The notes below the pieces were generated by a model, which searched no databases, was not told where the DNA came from, and saw only the letters and a list, made by a program, of their open reading frames with translations. Source: Myxococcota bacterium (GTDB lineage: Bacteria > Myxococcota_A > UBA9160 > UBA6930). From it: a stretch of DNA of 56,512 nucleotides. Position 1 is the first letter of the stretch. Every line of letters begins with the position of its first letter. The position numbers and the translations under genes are program-made. This document shows positions 8,729 through 17,667 of this stretch, one piece after another. The stretch spans positions 1-56,512 of the forward strand of contig JBFIYM010000002.1 of the NCBI GenBank assembly GCA_041605395.1. The letters run 5' to 3'.

Positions 8729-10590
8729 GGACGCGCGGCCGCGCTCACGACGGGGAGCACCAGCTGCGAGGGATGGCGGCCGCTGCGCTGCACCTGCCAG
8801 GTCGGCGTCGTGTCCTCGGGAATCCGCGCGAAGTGGTCGCGGTCGGCTCCCGCCAGCGCCAGCCGCACGGCGTGGCCCGCGCGAAACCGATACGAGGTCG
8901 GGAGCAGGTCGAAGCGGAGCTCCGCCACCTCCCCGAGAACGAGCGGCCAGGCATCGGCGCGTCGGAAGCCGTGCAGCGGGACGATGCCGCCGAGCGGACC
9001 GCTCGCGGGCTCGAGGCGGCGGTGCAGGGCGCGCAGCAGGCCCTCGGTCACGAGCGTGACGCGACCGTCCGGCGCCACGTCCTCGAGGTAGGCGATGAAC
9101 ACGCCGTCCGTGGCAGTCGACGCGACGTACAGGGAGACGACCGGGTGGCCCGTCACCTCGAGCGCGGCCGGGAGCGGGTCGCTCGTGTAGGTGAGCAGCC
9201 TCGCGTCGCGCTCGCTGCGATCGAGGTCCACCGCGAGGTCGCCCATCAATGCGTCCCAGCGCGTGAGCCGGCCGCTGCCCGCCTCGAAGTCGACCCGGTA
9301 GGGGTCCGCTGCCTCCTCGGCCGTGGGGCGTTCGCGCGCGAGGCGGCCCGCACCTGCCAGGTGCAGCACGAGGCGCTCCGCCGGGGGCGGCCACTCCGCG
9401 CTCGCCTTCCAGCGGTCCTCGACCATCGTGTAGTAGTGGACGGGGGGTGTTGCCTCGATGCCCGACCGGCGCTCCGCGAGCAGCGGGTCGAAGAAGCGCA
9501 GCAGCTCGGCGTCCGCATCGAAGGCCGACGGGCCCGGGCTGGTGGGGCTCACGCCGATGCCCCCGCCGTGGCTCCAGGGGCCGAGGATCAGGCGGCTCCC
9601 GGGGATCCGCAGGGTGAGGTGGCGCTCGACGGCGGCTCTCGGGTTGGCCCCGTCGAACCAGCCGCTCCAGCCGTAGAGCGGTGCGCCGCCCGCCTCGAGC
9701 GCGGCGCGATGGCCCTTGGGGCTGATCGCGTCGACCCCGAGGTCGCCCTCGCGATCGTCGCGGAAGACGCCCCACGCCATGGCGGCCGCCGGGTCGCGGT
9801 TCTCGCGGTGCTCGGCGAGCGCGGCCGCGAGCAGGCCCCGGTCGGGGCTCGCGGGGCGCACGCCGCGGACCAGTAGCCGCCCGAGCCACGGGGCCACGGC
9901 GGGCAGCATGCCGGCGTCGAGCGCGGCGTTGGCCTCGGCCCAGACCGGCAGGAACCAGCTCTGGGGAACACCGCCCGGGTACGGGACGTCGGTGTAGGCG
10001 TCGAACAGCGAGAAGCGCGGCGCCGCGGCGCGGAGCGCCGGATGCCCGTTCACGAGCAGCAGCTCCGCCGCCGTGCCGTTGTAGGAGGTGCCCTCGCTTC
10101 CGACCCGCCCGTTCGACCAGGGCTGGGCCACGATCCAGTCGACCAGCTCGGCGCCGTCGGCGAGCTCCGCCGCCGACCACGGCTGCCGGTGTGCGCCGAA
10201 CGACGCACCGGCGCCGCGCACGTCGTAGCTCACCCAGGCGTAGCCGCGCCGGACGAAGAACGCCGCGCGCTCGTCGGGCGGCTCCGGGATGGGCCACCGC
10301 ATCTCCATGCCGCGCCAGTAGCGGTTCGGGAGCAGCAGCGCCGGGAGACGCTCGGCCTCGCCGAGGTCGGACGGCAGCTGGACGTCCACGGCCAGGCGCA
10401 CGCCGTCGCGCATCGGCACGTAGCGCGAGCTGCGGACGACCTCGCCCGGGCGTGGCGCGGGCGGGGCCCAGACGAGCGACCCGGTGGCGGCGTCGCCGGC
10501 GCGGGGGGCCTCGCCGCCGCACGCGACCAGTGCGACGAGCGCCAGGGCCACGGCGCCCCGCTGGACAATGGGACCCATGCTGTCGGACAC
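8725..10590 (-). CDS. CocE/NonD family hydrolase (X-Pro dipeptidyl-peptidase S15-like) lipoprotein
   Basis: It has 'YVPMRDGVRLAVDVQLP' and the 'GTSYNGTAA' nucleophile elbow, plus lipobox 'LVALVACGG'. The start is GTG 10590 or ATG 10578. Confidence 0.85.
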   Translation of the reverse strand: MSDSMGPIVQRGAVALALVALVACGGEAPRAGDAATGSLVWAPPAPRPGEVVRSSRYVPMRDGVRLAVDVQLPSDLGEAERLPALLLPNRYWRGMEMRWPIPEPPDERAAFFVRRGYAWVSYDVRGAGASFGAHRQPWSAAELADGAELVDWIVAQPWSNGRVGSEGTSYNGTAAELLLVNGHPALRAAAPRFSLFDAYTDVPYPGGVPQSWFLPVWAEANAALDAGMLPAVAPWLGRLLVRGVRPASPDRGLLAAALAEHRENRDPAAAMAWGVFRDDREGDLGVDAISPKGHRAALEAGGAPLYGWSGWFDGANPRAAVERHLTLRIPGSRLILGPWSHGGGIGVSPTSPGPSAFDADAELLRFFDPLLAERRSGIEATPPVHYYTMVEDRWKASAEWPPPAERLVLHLAGAGRLARERPTAEEAADPYRVDFEAGSGRLTRWDALMGDLAVDLDRSERDARLLTYTSDPLPAALEVTGHPVVSLYVASTATDGVFIAYLEDVAPDGRVTLVTEGLLRALHRRLEPASGPLGGIVPLHGFRRADAWPLVLGEVAELRFDLLPTSYRFRAGHAVRLALAGADRDHFARIPEDTTPTWQVQRSGRHPSQLVLPVVSAAARP

Positions 10591-10631
10591 TACCGCGTCA
10601 GTCGCGGGGGGCGGAGCGAGGGAGGCGCCGC

Positions 10632-11759
10632 ATGCTCGACTTCAGCTTCACGCCGACCCAGCAGGAGTACCGCAAGCAGCTGCGCGAGCTCGCGCTCCGC
10701 GAGCTGCTGCCGCAGTACCAGCGCAACGACGCCGAGGAGCGCTTTCCGCGCGAGCAGATCCAGCGCATCGTGCGCTTCGGGGACGAGTTCTGGCGCGGCC
10801 GCGAGGACGAGCGGGATCTGGTCAGCGTCGGAATCACGGCCGAAGAGGTCGCACGCGGCGACTTCAACTGCGTGCTGCCGAGCCTCGGCCGCACCTACCA
10901 CGGCCAGTTCTTCGCCGACCTGAGCCCCGCGCAGGAGGAGCGCTGGGCGGCAGGCCTGCTCTCGGGCGAACGGACCGTGGGCCTCTGCATCACGGAGCCG
11001 GTGGCGGGCTCCGACATGGGCCGGCTCGAGGCGCGTGGCGAGCGCCGCGGCGACCGCTGGGTCCTGAATGGCGTCAAGAACTCGGTCAGTTACCTGAACG
11101 CGGACGTCTTCTACGTCTTCGTCCGTACCGACCCGAAGGCCACCGGCTGGAAGGGCATCTCCGGCTTCTTGCTCCCGCGCGACACGCCGGGGCTCTCGTT
11201 CGAGAAGGTGGACGACCTCGGCTGTCGCGCGGTGCCGCGCGGCGTGGTCCGCTTCGAGAACGTCGAGGTGGGGGACGACGCGATGGTGGGGCCGCCCGGC
11301 ACCGCCTTCATCCGCATCAGCCGTTTCTTCGACGTGAACCGCGCCGTGATCGGGCTCAAGTGCGTGGGCGCGGCCCAGCAGAGCATCGACGAGACCGTGG
11401 TGCATGCCAAGGAGCGCGTGGTGTTCGGGCAGCCGCTGGCGTCGCACCAGGCGGCCAGCTTCGCCCTGGCGGAGGCGGAGACGCTGCTCGAGCTGGCGCG
11501 CTGGCAGTGCTACCGCGTGCTCTGGATGCGCCAGCAGGGGATCCCCTGCCAGCGCGAGGGGGCGATGGCCAAGTGGTGGGCGCCGAAGGCGGCCGCCGAC
11601 GTGATCCACAAGTGTCTGCTGCTCCACGGCCACCGTGGCTACAGCCGCGAGCTTCCCCTGGAGCAGCGCCTGCGCGACGTGATCGGCTGGCAGATCGGCG
11701 ACGGCTCGGAAGAAGTCATGAAGCTGATCGTCGTCCGGAGCCTGTTCGCGGGCGACTAA
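10632..11759 (+). CDS. acyl-CoA dehydrogenase family protein
   Basis: ATG preceded by GGGAGG. It has 'GLCITEPVAGSDM', 'WVLNGVKNSVS' and a C-terminal 'IGDGSEEVMKLIV' ACAD signature. The listed ORF start at 10191 is an upstream non-coding extension. Confidence 0.85.
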   Translation: MLDFSFTPTQQEYRKQLRELALRELLPQYQRNDAEERFPREQIQRIVRFGDEFWRGREDERDLVSVGITAEEVARGDFNCVLPSLGRTYHGQFFADLSPAQEERWAAGLLSGERTVGLCITEPVAGSDMGRLEARGERRGDRWVLNGVKNSVSYLNADVFYVFVRTDPKATGWKGISGFLLPRDTPGLSFEKVDDLGCRAVPRGVVRFENVEVGDDAMVGPPGTAFIRISRFFDVNRAVIGLKCVGAAQQSIDETVVHAKERVVFGQPLASHQAASFALAEAETLLELARWQCYRVLWMRQQGIPCQREGAMAKWWAPKAAADVIHKCLLLHGHRGYSRELPLEQRLRDVIGWQIGDGSEEVMKLIVVRSLFAGD

Positions 11760-11792
11760 GGGCAGCCCTCGGGCGCTGGAACCGCTCGCTGC

Positions 11793-12959
11793 TCAGAGCG
11801 CCCGCATTCCGGTCAGGTGTTCGCCGAGGATCAGCATGTGGACGTCGTGCGTGCCCTCGTAGGTGCGCACCGTCTCGAGGTTCATCATGTGCCGCATCGG
11901 GCAGTAGTCGTCCACGATGCCGTTGGCGCCTAGCAGGTCGCGGGCCTGGCGCGCGATCTGGAGCGCCACGTCGACGTTGTTGCGCTTGATGAGCGAGACC
12001 ATGGTGTGGTCGAGCCGGCCCTCGTCCTTGAGGCGGCCCACGCGCAGCGCCAGCAGCTGCGCCTTCGTGATCTCGGTCAGCATGTAGACGAGCTTCTCCT
12101 GGGTGAGCTGCTTGCCGGCGAGCGGGCCGCCGTCGACGATGCGCTCCTGCGTGTAGCGGAGGGCCTCGTCGTAGCAGGCCATCGCGGCGCCGATCACGCC
12201 CCAGGCGATGCCGTAGCGTGCCTGCGTGAGGCACGAGAGCGGGCCGCGCAGCCCCGTCACGCCGGGCAGCACCGCGTCTTCGGGCAGCTCGACGTCGTGG
12301 AGGAACAGCTCGGAGGTCACCGAGGCCCGGAGCGACATCTTGCCCTTGATGTCGCGCGCCTCGAAGCCCGGGCGGTCCGTCTCCACCAGGAAGCCGCGCA
12401 CGCCGTCCTCGGTCTGCGCCCAGACCAGGGCGAGCTGGGAGACCGAGCCGTTCGTGATCCAACGCTTGGTGCCGTTCAGGCGCCAGCCCGAGCCCTTGCG
12501 CTCGGCCCGGGTGCGCATACCCGAGACGTGGCTCCCGAAGTCCGGCTCGGTGAGCCCGAAGCAGCCGATCGCCTCGCCGGATTGGAGCGCCGGCAGCCAG
12601 CGCTCCTTCTGCGCGTCGCTCCCGTAGCTGTGGATCGGGTACATCACGAGGGCGCCCTGCACGGAGGCGAAGGAGCGCAGGCCCGAGTCGCCGCGCTCGA
12701 GCTCCTGCATCACGAGCCCGTAGGCGACGTTGCTCATGCCGGCGCAGCCGTAGCCGCTGAGGTTGGCCCCGAACAGGCCCAGCTCGGCGACGCGGGGCAC
12801 CAGCTCCATCGGGAACGAGCCGTCCTGGCGCACGTGCTCCTGGATCAGCGGCAGGAACTCCTTCGAGACGAAGCTCCGCACCGTGTCGCGGGCGAGGCGC
12901 TCCTCCTCGTCGAGCAGCTCGTCGAGGTGCAGGAAGTCGATCCCCTGGAAGTCGGCCAC
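11793..12959 (-). CDS. gcdH: glutaryl-CoA dehydrogenase
   Basis: The 388-aa product follows the GCDH pattern from end to end ('FGLTEPDFGSHVSGMRT', 'RWITNG', 'LGANGIVDDYCPMRHMMNLETVRTYEGTHDVHMLILG'). Confidence 0.9.
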   Translation of the reverse strand: MADFQGIDFLHLDELLDEEERLARDTVRSFVSKEFLPLIQEHVRQDGSFPMELVPRVAELGLFGANLSGYGCAGMSNVAYGLVMQELERGDSGLRSFASVQGALVMYPIHSYGSDAQKERWLPALQSGEAIGCFGLTEPDFGSHVSGMRTRAERKGSGWRLNGTKRWITNGSVSQLALVWAQTEDGVRGFLVETDRPGFEARDIKGKMSLRASVTSELFLHDVELPEDAVLPGVTGLRGPLSCLTQARYGIAWGVIGAAMACYDEALRYTQERIVDGGPLAGKQLTQEKLVYMLTEITKAQLLALRVGRLKDEGRLDHTMVSLIKRNNVDVALQIARQARDLLGANGIVDDYCPMRHMMNLETVRTYEGTHDVHMLILGEHLTGMRAL

Positions 12960-13010
12960 GCAGTCTCCTTCGAATGGCTCGGAGCGCGTCGGAGTCTACA
13001 ATCCGTCCCC

Positions 13011-13349
13011 ATGTCGATCGAACCGGGCTTCGGCGAGGCGGTGGAGATCCTCGAGCAGGCCCGCCGCTGGCGCGATGCGGGCCTCGGCGTGGGGCTCGCC
13101 ACCGTGGTGGAGACCTGGGGCTCCTCCCCGCGCCCGGCCGGCAGCCTGCTGGCGGTGAACCAGGAGAGCGCGTTCGTGGGCTCGGTCTCCGGCGGCTGCG
13201 TCGAGGGCGCGGTCGTGGAGGCGGCGCTCGGCGTGATCGCCGACGGCGATCCGCGCACGCTCTCGTTCGGCGTCAGCAACGAGCAGGCCTGGGAGGTCGG
13301 GCTCGCCTGCGGCGGAGAGGTCCGCATCTTCGTCGAGCGGCTCGAGTGA
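13011..13349 (+). CDS. XdhC/CoxI family accessory protein (small, N-domain type)
   Basis: ATG at 13011. 'ATVVETWGSSPRPAGSLLAV...GSVSGGCVEGAV' is the XdhC_CoxI motif. The rest of the listed 12006 ORF is antisense to gcdH. Confidence 0.8.
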   Translation: MSIEPGFGEAVEILEQARRWRDAGLGVGLATVVETWGSSPRPAGSLLAVNQESAFVGSVSGGCVEGAVVEAALGVIADGDPRTLSFGVSNEQAWEVGLACGGEVRIFVERLE

Positions 13350-13365
13350 AGCGGGAGCCGCAGGC

Positions 13366-14034
13366 GTGAAGCGGGCCCTGCTCGAGGCCCTGCTCGCCGA
13401 GGCGCGCGCGAAGCGCCCGGTGGTGCTCGCGACCGACCTCGCGAGCGGCGCGCAGCGCCTGCTCCGGGGGGACGGGGCGGAGGCGCCGTTCGCCGAGGCG
13501 GCCGAGCGCGCGCTGCGTCGTGACGAGCCCCAACGCCTCGAAGGCTGGTTCCTCCGGCCCTTCAATCCGCCGCTCCGCCTGCTCGTGATCGGGGCCGTGC
13601 ACATCGCGCAGCCCCTCGTCGCGATGGCGCGCCTCACCGGCTACGAGGTGGTGGTCGTGGACCCGCGCCAGGCGTTCGCCAGCGCCGCGCGCTTTCCCGA
13701 CGTGGCGCTCGTGAGCGAGTGGCCGGATCGGGCACTCGAGTCGCTCGCGCCGGACGCGCGAACGGCCGTGGTCACGCTCAGCCACGATCCCAAGCTCGAC
13801 GAGCCCGCGCTCGCGATCGCCCTCCGCTCATCCGCCTTCTACGTGGGCGCGCTCGGGAGCAAGAAGACGCACGCCGCCCGGCTCGAGCGGCTGCGCGCGC
13901 TCGGCCTCGGCGAGGAGGCGCTGGCCCGGATCCACGCGCCGGTGGGCCTCGCGATCGGTGCCCGTTCGCCGGCGGAGATCGCGGTCTCGATCCTGGCCGA
14001 GATCACGGAGCGCCTGCGGCGGCCGTCGCCATGA
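13366..14034 (+). CDS. XdhC family protein (Rossmann-like C-domain type)
   Basis: GTG start. 'LLVIGAVHIAQPLVAMARLTGYEVVVVDPR' and 'GALGSKKTHAARLERL' are typical of XdhC_C. Confidence 0.8.
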   Translation: MKRALLEALLAEARAKRPVVLATDLASGAQRLLRGDGAEAPFAEAAERALRRDEPQRLEGWFLRPFNPPLRLLVIGAVHIAQPLVAMARLTGYEVVVVDPRQAFASAARFPDVALVSEWPDRALESLAPDARTAVVTLSHDPKLDEPALAIALRSSAFYVGALGSKKTHAARLERLRALGLGEEALARIHAPVGLAIGARSPAEIAVSILAEITERLRRPSP

Positions 14035-14065
14035 GCCGCCGCCTGCGGCGCCCGTCGCCATGAGC
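14008..14065. repeat. 29-bp tandem duplication spanning the XdhC stop and the mocA-like start
   Basis: Unit A (14008-14036) and unit B (14037-14065) match at 25 of 29 positions. The 26-nt core 'cgcctgcggcgSccgtcgccatgagc' differs at one base. Confidence 0.9.
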
Positions 14066-14671
14066 CTCCGGGTCGGGGCGATCGTGCTCGCGGCGGGCCG
14101 CTCGCAGCGGATGGGCGGGCCCAACAAGCTGCTGCTGCCCGTCGGAGGCGAGGTCATGATCCGGCGCTCCGTCGGGAGCGTCCTGGCGTCGCGGGCGCGC
14201 CCGGTCTGCGTCGTGACGGGCCACGAGGCGGCGCGGGTGCGGGATGCGCTCGCCGGCCAGCCCCTCGAGCTCGTGGAGAGCCCCGACTTCGAGACGGGCA
14301 TGAGCGCCTCGCTCCGGGTCGGGGTCGAGGCGCTCGCCGGCCGCGTCGAGGGTGCGCTGGTGTGCCTGGGCGACATGCCCTGGGTCCGCCCCGGGGACCT
14401 CGACGCGCTGATCGACGTCTTCGTCGCGTCCGAGGGGCGCGCCATCTGCGTGCCGCGCTTCGCCGGACGGCGCGGAAACCCCGTACTTTGGCCCGCCGTC
14501 CGATTTCCCGCGCTCGCCGCGTGCGAGGGCGACGCCGGGGCGCGCGCGCTGCTCGAGGCCAGGCCGCCGGAGCTTTGCTACGTCCCCGTGGCGCACGACG
14601 GCGTGCTGCGCGACGTGGACACGTCGGACGCGCTGGCGCCGTTGCCCGGCGCCGGAGGCGCCAGCTCGTGA
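14060..14671 (+). CDS. MobA/MocA-like molybdenum cofactor nucleotidyltransferase
   Basis: ATG at 14060. 'AIVLAAGRSQRMGGPNKLLLPVGG' is the NTP_transf_3 signature, and 'CLGDMPWV' is present. Confidence 0.8.
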   Translation: MSLRVGAIVLAAGRSQRMGGPNKLLLPVGGEVMIRRSVGSVLASRARPVCVVTGHEAARVRDALAGQPLELVESPDFETGMSASLRVGVEALAGRVEGALVCLGDMPWVRPGDLDALIDVFVASEGRAICVPRFAGRRGNPVLWPAVRFPALAACEGDAGARALLEARPPELCYVPVAHDGVLRDVDTSDALAPLPGAGGASS

Positions 14672-15207
14672 AGCTCGAGGTCTCGAGCGAGGTCTTGCCG
14701 GCGCCGCGCGAACGCGTCTGGGCGCTGCTCCAGGATCCCGGCGTGCTGGCGCGGCTGCTGCCCGGGGTGGAGAAGCTCGAGGCGACGGGGCCGGACGAGT
14801 ACGCAGTCGTCGTGAAGCTCGGCGTCGGCGCCGTGCGCGGTACCTACACCGGCCGCGTCGCGCTGCGCGACCTCGAGCCGCCCGAGCGCTACCGCCTGGA
14901 GGGCGAGGCCAAGGGGGGCCCGGGCTGGGCCCGGGGCAGCGCCACGGTGACGCTCGCGGCGCAGGGGGGCGGCACCCGGCTGGTCGCGGCCGGCGACGCC
15001 CAGATCGGCGGCGCCCTGGCCGGGGTCGGCCAGCGCATGATCGAGGGCGTCGCCCGGAGCATGGCGCGCGAGTTCTTCCAGTCCATCGGACGCGAGCTCG
15101 AAGGCGCGGCCGTCGAACGGACCAGCGCCTCGGGCTTCGGCTGGCGCGTGTTCCTCGATCTGGTGCGGGGCTTCTTCGCGCGGCTCTTCGGCCGGCGGCG
15201 GGAGTGA
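14668..15207 (+). CDS. CoxG-like SRPBCC family protein (carbon monoxide dehydrogenase subunit G type)
   Basis: The GTG start overlaps the previous stop (GTGA). 'VWALLQDPGVLARLLPGVEKLE...GGALAGVGQRMIEGVARSMAREFF' is the typical CoxG pattern. Confidence 0.8.
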   Translation: MKLEVSSEVLPAPRERVWALLQDPGVLARLLPGVEKLEATGPDEYAVVVKLGVGAVRGTYTGRVALRDLEPPERYRLEGEAKGGPGWARGSATVTLAAQGGGTRLVAAGDAQIGGALAGVGQRMIEGVARSMAREFFQSIGRELEGAAVERTSASGFGWRVFLDLVRGFFARLFGRRRE

Positions 15208-15216
15208 GTGCGCGGC

Positions 15217-16284
15217 TCAGTACACCACCGAGAGGCCGAGCAGCGTCTTCAGCGTGTTGGCCGCGGTGTCCTCGGACGGCTGGGAGTTGTACTCGTCGAC
15301 CAGGGTCGCCTTGAAGTGGACCGGGTCGACCAGCGGAACCAGCAGGCCGGTCTCGCCGCGCAGCCGGTAGTCGTTGGTCCAGTCTGTGATCGACGGGAGG
15401 TAGTCGACCCGAGCGAACCAGCTGGCGCCGTTCCAAGGCAGCTTCAGGCGCGACTCGGCGCCGAACGCGAGCGCGAGGTAGTTGTTCAGGCTGTCGTCGT
15501 AGAACTTCTCGTAGACGTACGAGGGGCCGGCGTCCACGGCCAGATAGGCCGTCTCCGTGTTCACCAGCTTGTAGCCGGCGCCGACCTTGGGGATCAGCCG
15601 ATAGGAGAGCTCCTCGACCCCGTCGTGCTCGGCCTCGAAGGAGCCGAAGGCGAACAGGCGCTTGGTCAGGTCGTGCTCCTGGCGGATCCAGCCGCGCACC
15701 TCGTTGGCCGTCACCTCCTCGCTGCCGCTCTCTCCGGGCTCCGGGAACTCCTCCTTCGTGGTGCCACGCAGGTAGCTGGCGCCGAACGTGAGACGGTTCG
15801 GCCCGCGCTCGCGCTTGGCGCCGAGGGCGACGTGAACGTCCGTGGTGTCCGTGGTGCCCTCGGTCGCGCTGAGCGAGGCGTCGAAGTTTCCCGTCCACCA
15901 GGGGCTCTCCCGCCTCCGGCGCTGGACGAAGCTGGCCTCCGCTCCGTAGTCGCGCGGGGCTGCCTGCACGTCGGCGAACGGGATTTTCGTCCGGCCGCCA
16001 TCGGGGGGCGAGACGGTCACCGCGTTCGGCGAGATGTCGACCACACGCCCGACGACCGTGCCGTCGTCGGCCTTGTAGACGTGGAAGGGCGCGTCCGTCT
16101 CGATCGCGCTCACGTCCTCGGTCGCGATCTTGAGCTCGCCCTTTCCGTAGACGGTGGACATCACCACGGCGCTGCCGGAGATCGACTTCACGGTGCCTTC
16201 GAGGACGGTGCCCTTGACGGTGACGCGGTCGGCCGCGGCGAGGGAGGGGAGCAGGAGGGCGAGCAGGACCAGGACGGGGCGCAT
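15217..16284 (-). CDS. DUF481 family outer-membrane beta-barrel protein
   Basis: It has a signal peptide (LLLPSLAAADR) and alternating beta-strand sequence with 'WTGNFDASLSATEGTTDT...'. The C-terminus ends in an aromatic residue (...LGLSVVY). Confidence 0.75.
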   Translation of the reverse strand: MRPVLVLLALLLPSLAAADRVTVKGTVLEGTVKSISGSAVVMSTVYGKGELKIATEDVSAIETDAPFHVYKADDGTVVGRVVDISPNAVTVSPPDGGRTKIPFADVQAAPRDYGAEASFVQRRRRESPWWTGNFDASLSATEGTTDTTDVHVALGAKRERGPNRLTFGASYLRGTTKEEFPEPGESGSEEVTANEVRGWIRQEHDLTKRLFAFGSFEAEHDGVEELSYRLIPKVGAGYKLVNTETAYLAVDAGPSYVYEKFYDDSLNNYLALAFGAESRLKLPWNGASWFARVDYLPSITDWTNDYRLRGETGLLVPLVDPVHFKATLVDEYNSQPSEDTAANTLKTLLGLSVVY

Positions 16285-16383
16285 GTTCGGAGCCTTTCAC
16301 TCGGGTGGACGTCGAAGGGGGGTCGGAGGGATAGCAGTGTGTCAGCGCCTCGCACGTGTCTTCGCCGCGCTACCTTGGGGTGG

Positions 16384-17667
16384 ATGCGTGCCCTGGTCTT
16401 CGAGAACAGCCTGCCGCGTATCGTCGCGACCAAGCTGCTCTCCCAGGTCACGCCGCGCGCCTTCGTCGGCCCCCTCGCGCCCTTGCAGCTGCGGGACATC
16501 CCGGAGCCCGAGCTTCCCGCGGACGACTGGCTGGTGCTCCGCACGCGCCTGTGTGGCGTCTGCGGCAGCGACACCAAGCAGGTGTACCTGAACGGCGCCT
16601 ACGACAATCCGATGACGGCCTACATCTCCTTCCCCCAGGTTCTCGGCCACGAGGTGGTGGCGACCGTAGAGCGGGTCGGCCCCGCGGTGCGGAGCCGGCG
16701 GCCCGGGGACCGGGTGGTGCTGAACCCCTGGCTCTCGTGCGTGACGCGGGGCCTCGCGCCGTGTGCGTGGTGCCGCCAGGGCGACCTGGCGCAGTGCCTG
16801 AACTTCCGGCGCGGCACGCTCGCGCCGGGGATCCATCACGGGAACTCCGCGCAGGCGACCGGCGGCTTCGCGCCGCTGCTGCCGGCCCACGAATCGCAAT
16901 GCATCCCGATCCCCGACGACGTGAGCGACGAGACGGCGGTATTGGCGGACCCCGTGAGCGTGTCGCTCCATTCGATCCTGCACTCGCCGCCTCCCGCGGA
17001 CGGCGCCGCGCTCGTGTACGGCTGCGGCACGCTCGGGCTCGCGGCGATCGCGATCCTGCGGGCGCTCCACCCCGGGGTGTGCGTGCTCGCGGTTGCGCGC
17101 TTCCCCCACCAGCAGCGGCTCGCCCAGAAGCTCGGGGCCCACGTCGTGCTCCCGCACGATCCGTCGCGCGCCGTGATCGAGGGCGTGGCCGGGCAGACCG
17201 GCGCCGAGGAGATCCAGCCCTGGCGGGGGCTCCCGGTCCTGAACGGCGGCGTCGACGTGGTCTACGACACCGTCGGCAAGCCCGAGACGCTGGAGGTCGC
17301 GCTGCGCGTGACGCGCAGCCGGGGCTGCATCTCGGTCTCGGGCGTCGAGGCCCCGCGGCGCTTCGAGTGGACGCCGCTCTACTTCAAGGAGATCGCCGTC
17401 GTGGGCTCGAACGCCTTCGGGGTCGAGCAGATCGACGGCCGGCGCCAGCACGCGATGGCCTGGTACTTCGAGCTGCTCGGCAGCCACGGCCTCGACGTCA
17501 CCCCGATCCTGACCCACCGCTTCGCCCTCGACGACTATCGCGAGGCCTTCCTCGCCGCCCACGACCAGGGCCGGAGCGGCGCCGTGAAGATGCTCTTCGA
17601 GTTCCGCGACGAAGCTCGGATTCCGGCGAGCGCCGTACCATCTCGCGATTCGCAAGGAGGACCGTGA
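16384..17667 (+). CDS. zinc-dependent alcohol dehydrogenase (MDR) family protein
   Basis: ATG at 16384. It has 'CGVCGSDTKQ', 'GHEVVATV' and a 'YGCGTLGLAAI' Rossmann motif. The listed ORF start at 15208 is antisense to the DUF481 gene. Confidence 0.85.
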   Translation: MRALVFENSLPRIVATKLLSQVTPRAFVGPLAPLQLRDIPEPELPADDWLVLRTRLCGVCGSDTKQVYLNGAYDNPMTAYISFPQVLGHEVVATVERVGPAVRSRRPGDRVVLNPWLSCVTRGLAPCAWCRQGDLAQCLNFRRGTLAPGIHHGNSAQATGGFAPLLPAHESQCIPIPDDVSDETAVLADPVSVSLHSILHSPPPADGAALVYGCGTLGLAAIAILRALHPGVCVLAVARFPHQQRLAQKLGAHVVLPHDPSRAVIEGVAGQTGAEEIQPWRGLPVLNGGVDVVYDTVGKPETLEVALRVTRSRGCISVSGVEAPRRFEWTPLYFKEIAVVGSNAFGVEQIDGRRQHAMAWYFELLGSHGLDVTPILTHRFALDDYREAFLAAHDQGRSGAVKMLFEFRDEARIPASAVPSRDSQGGP

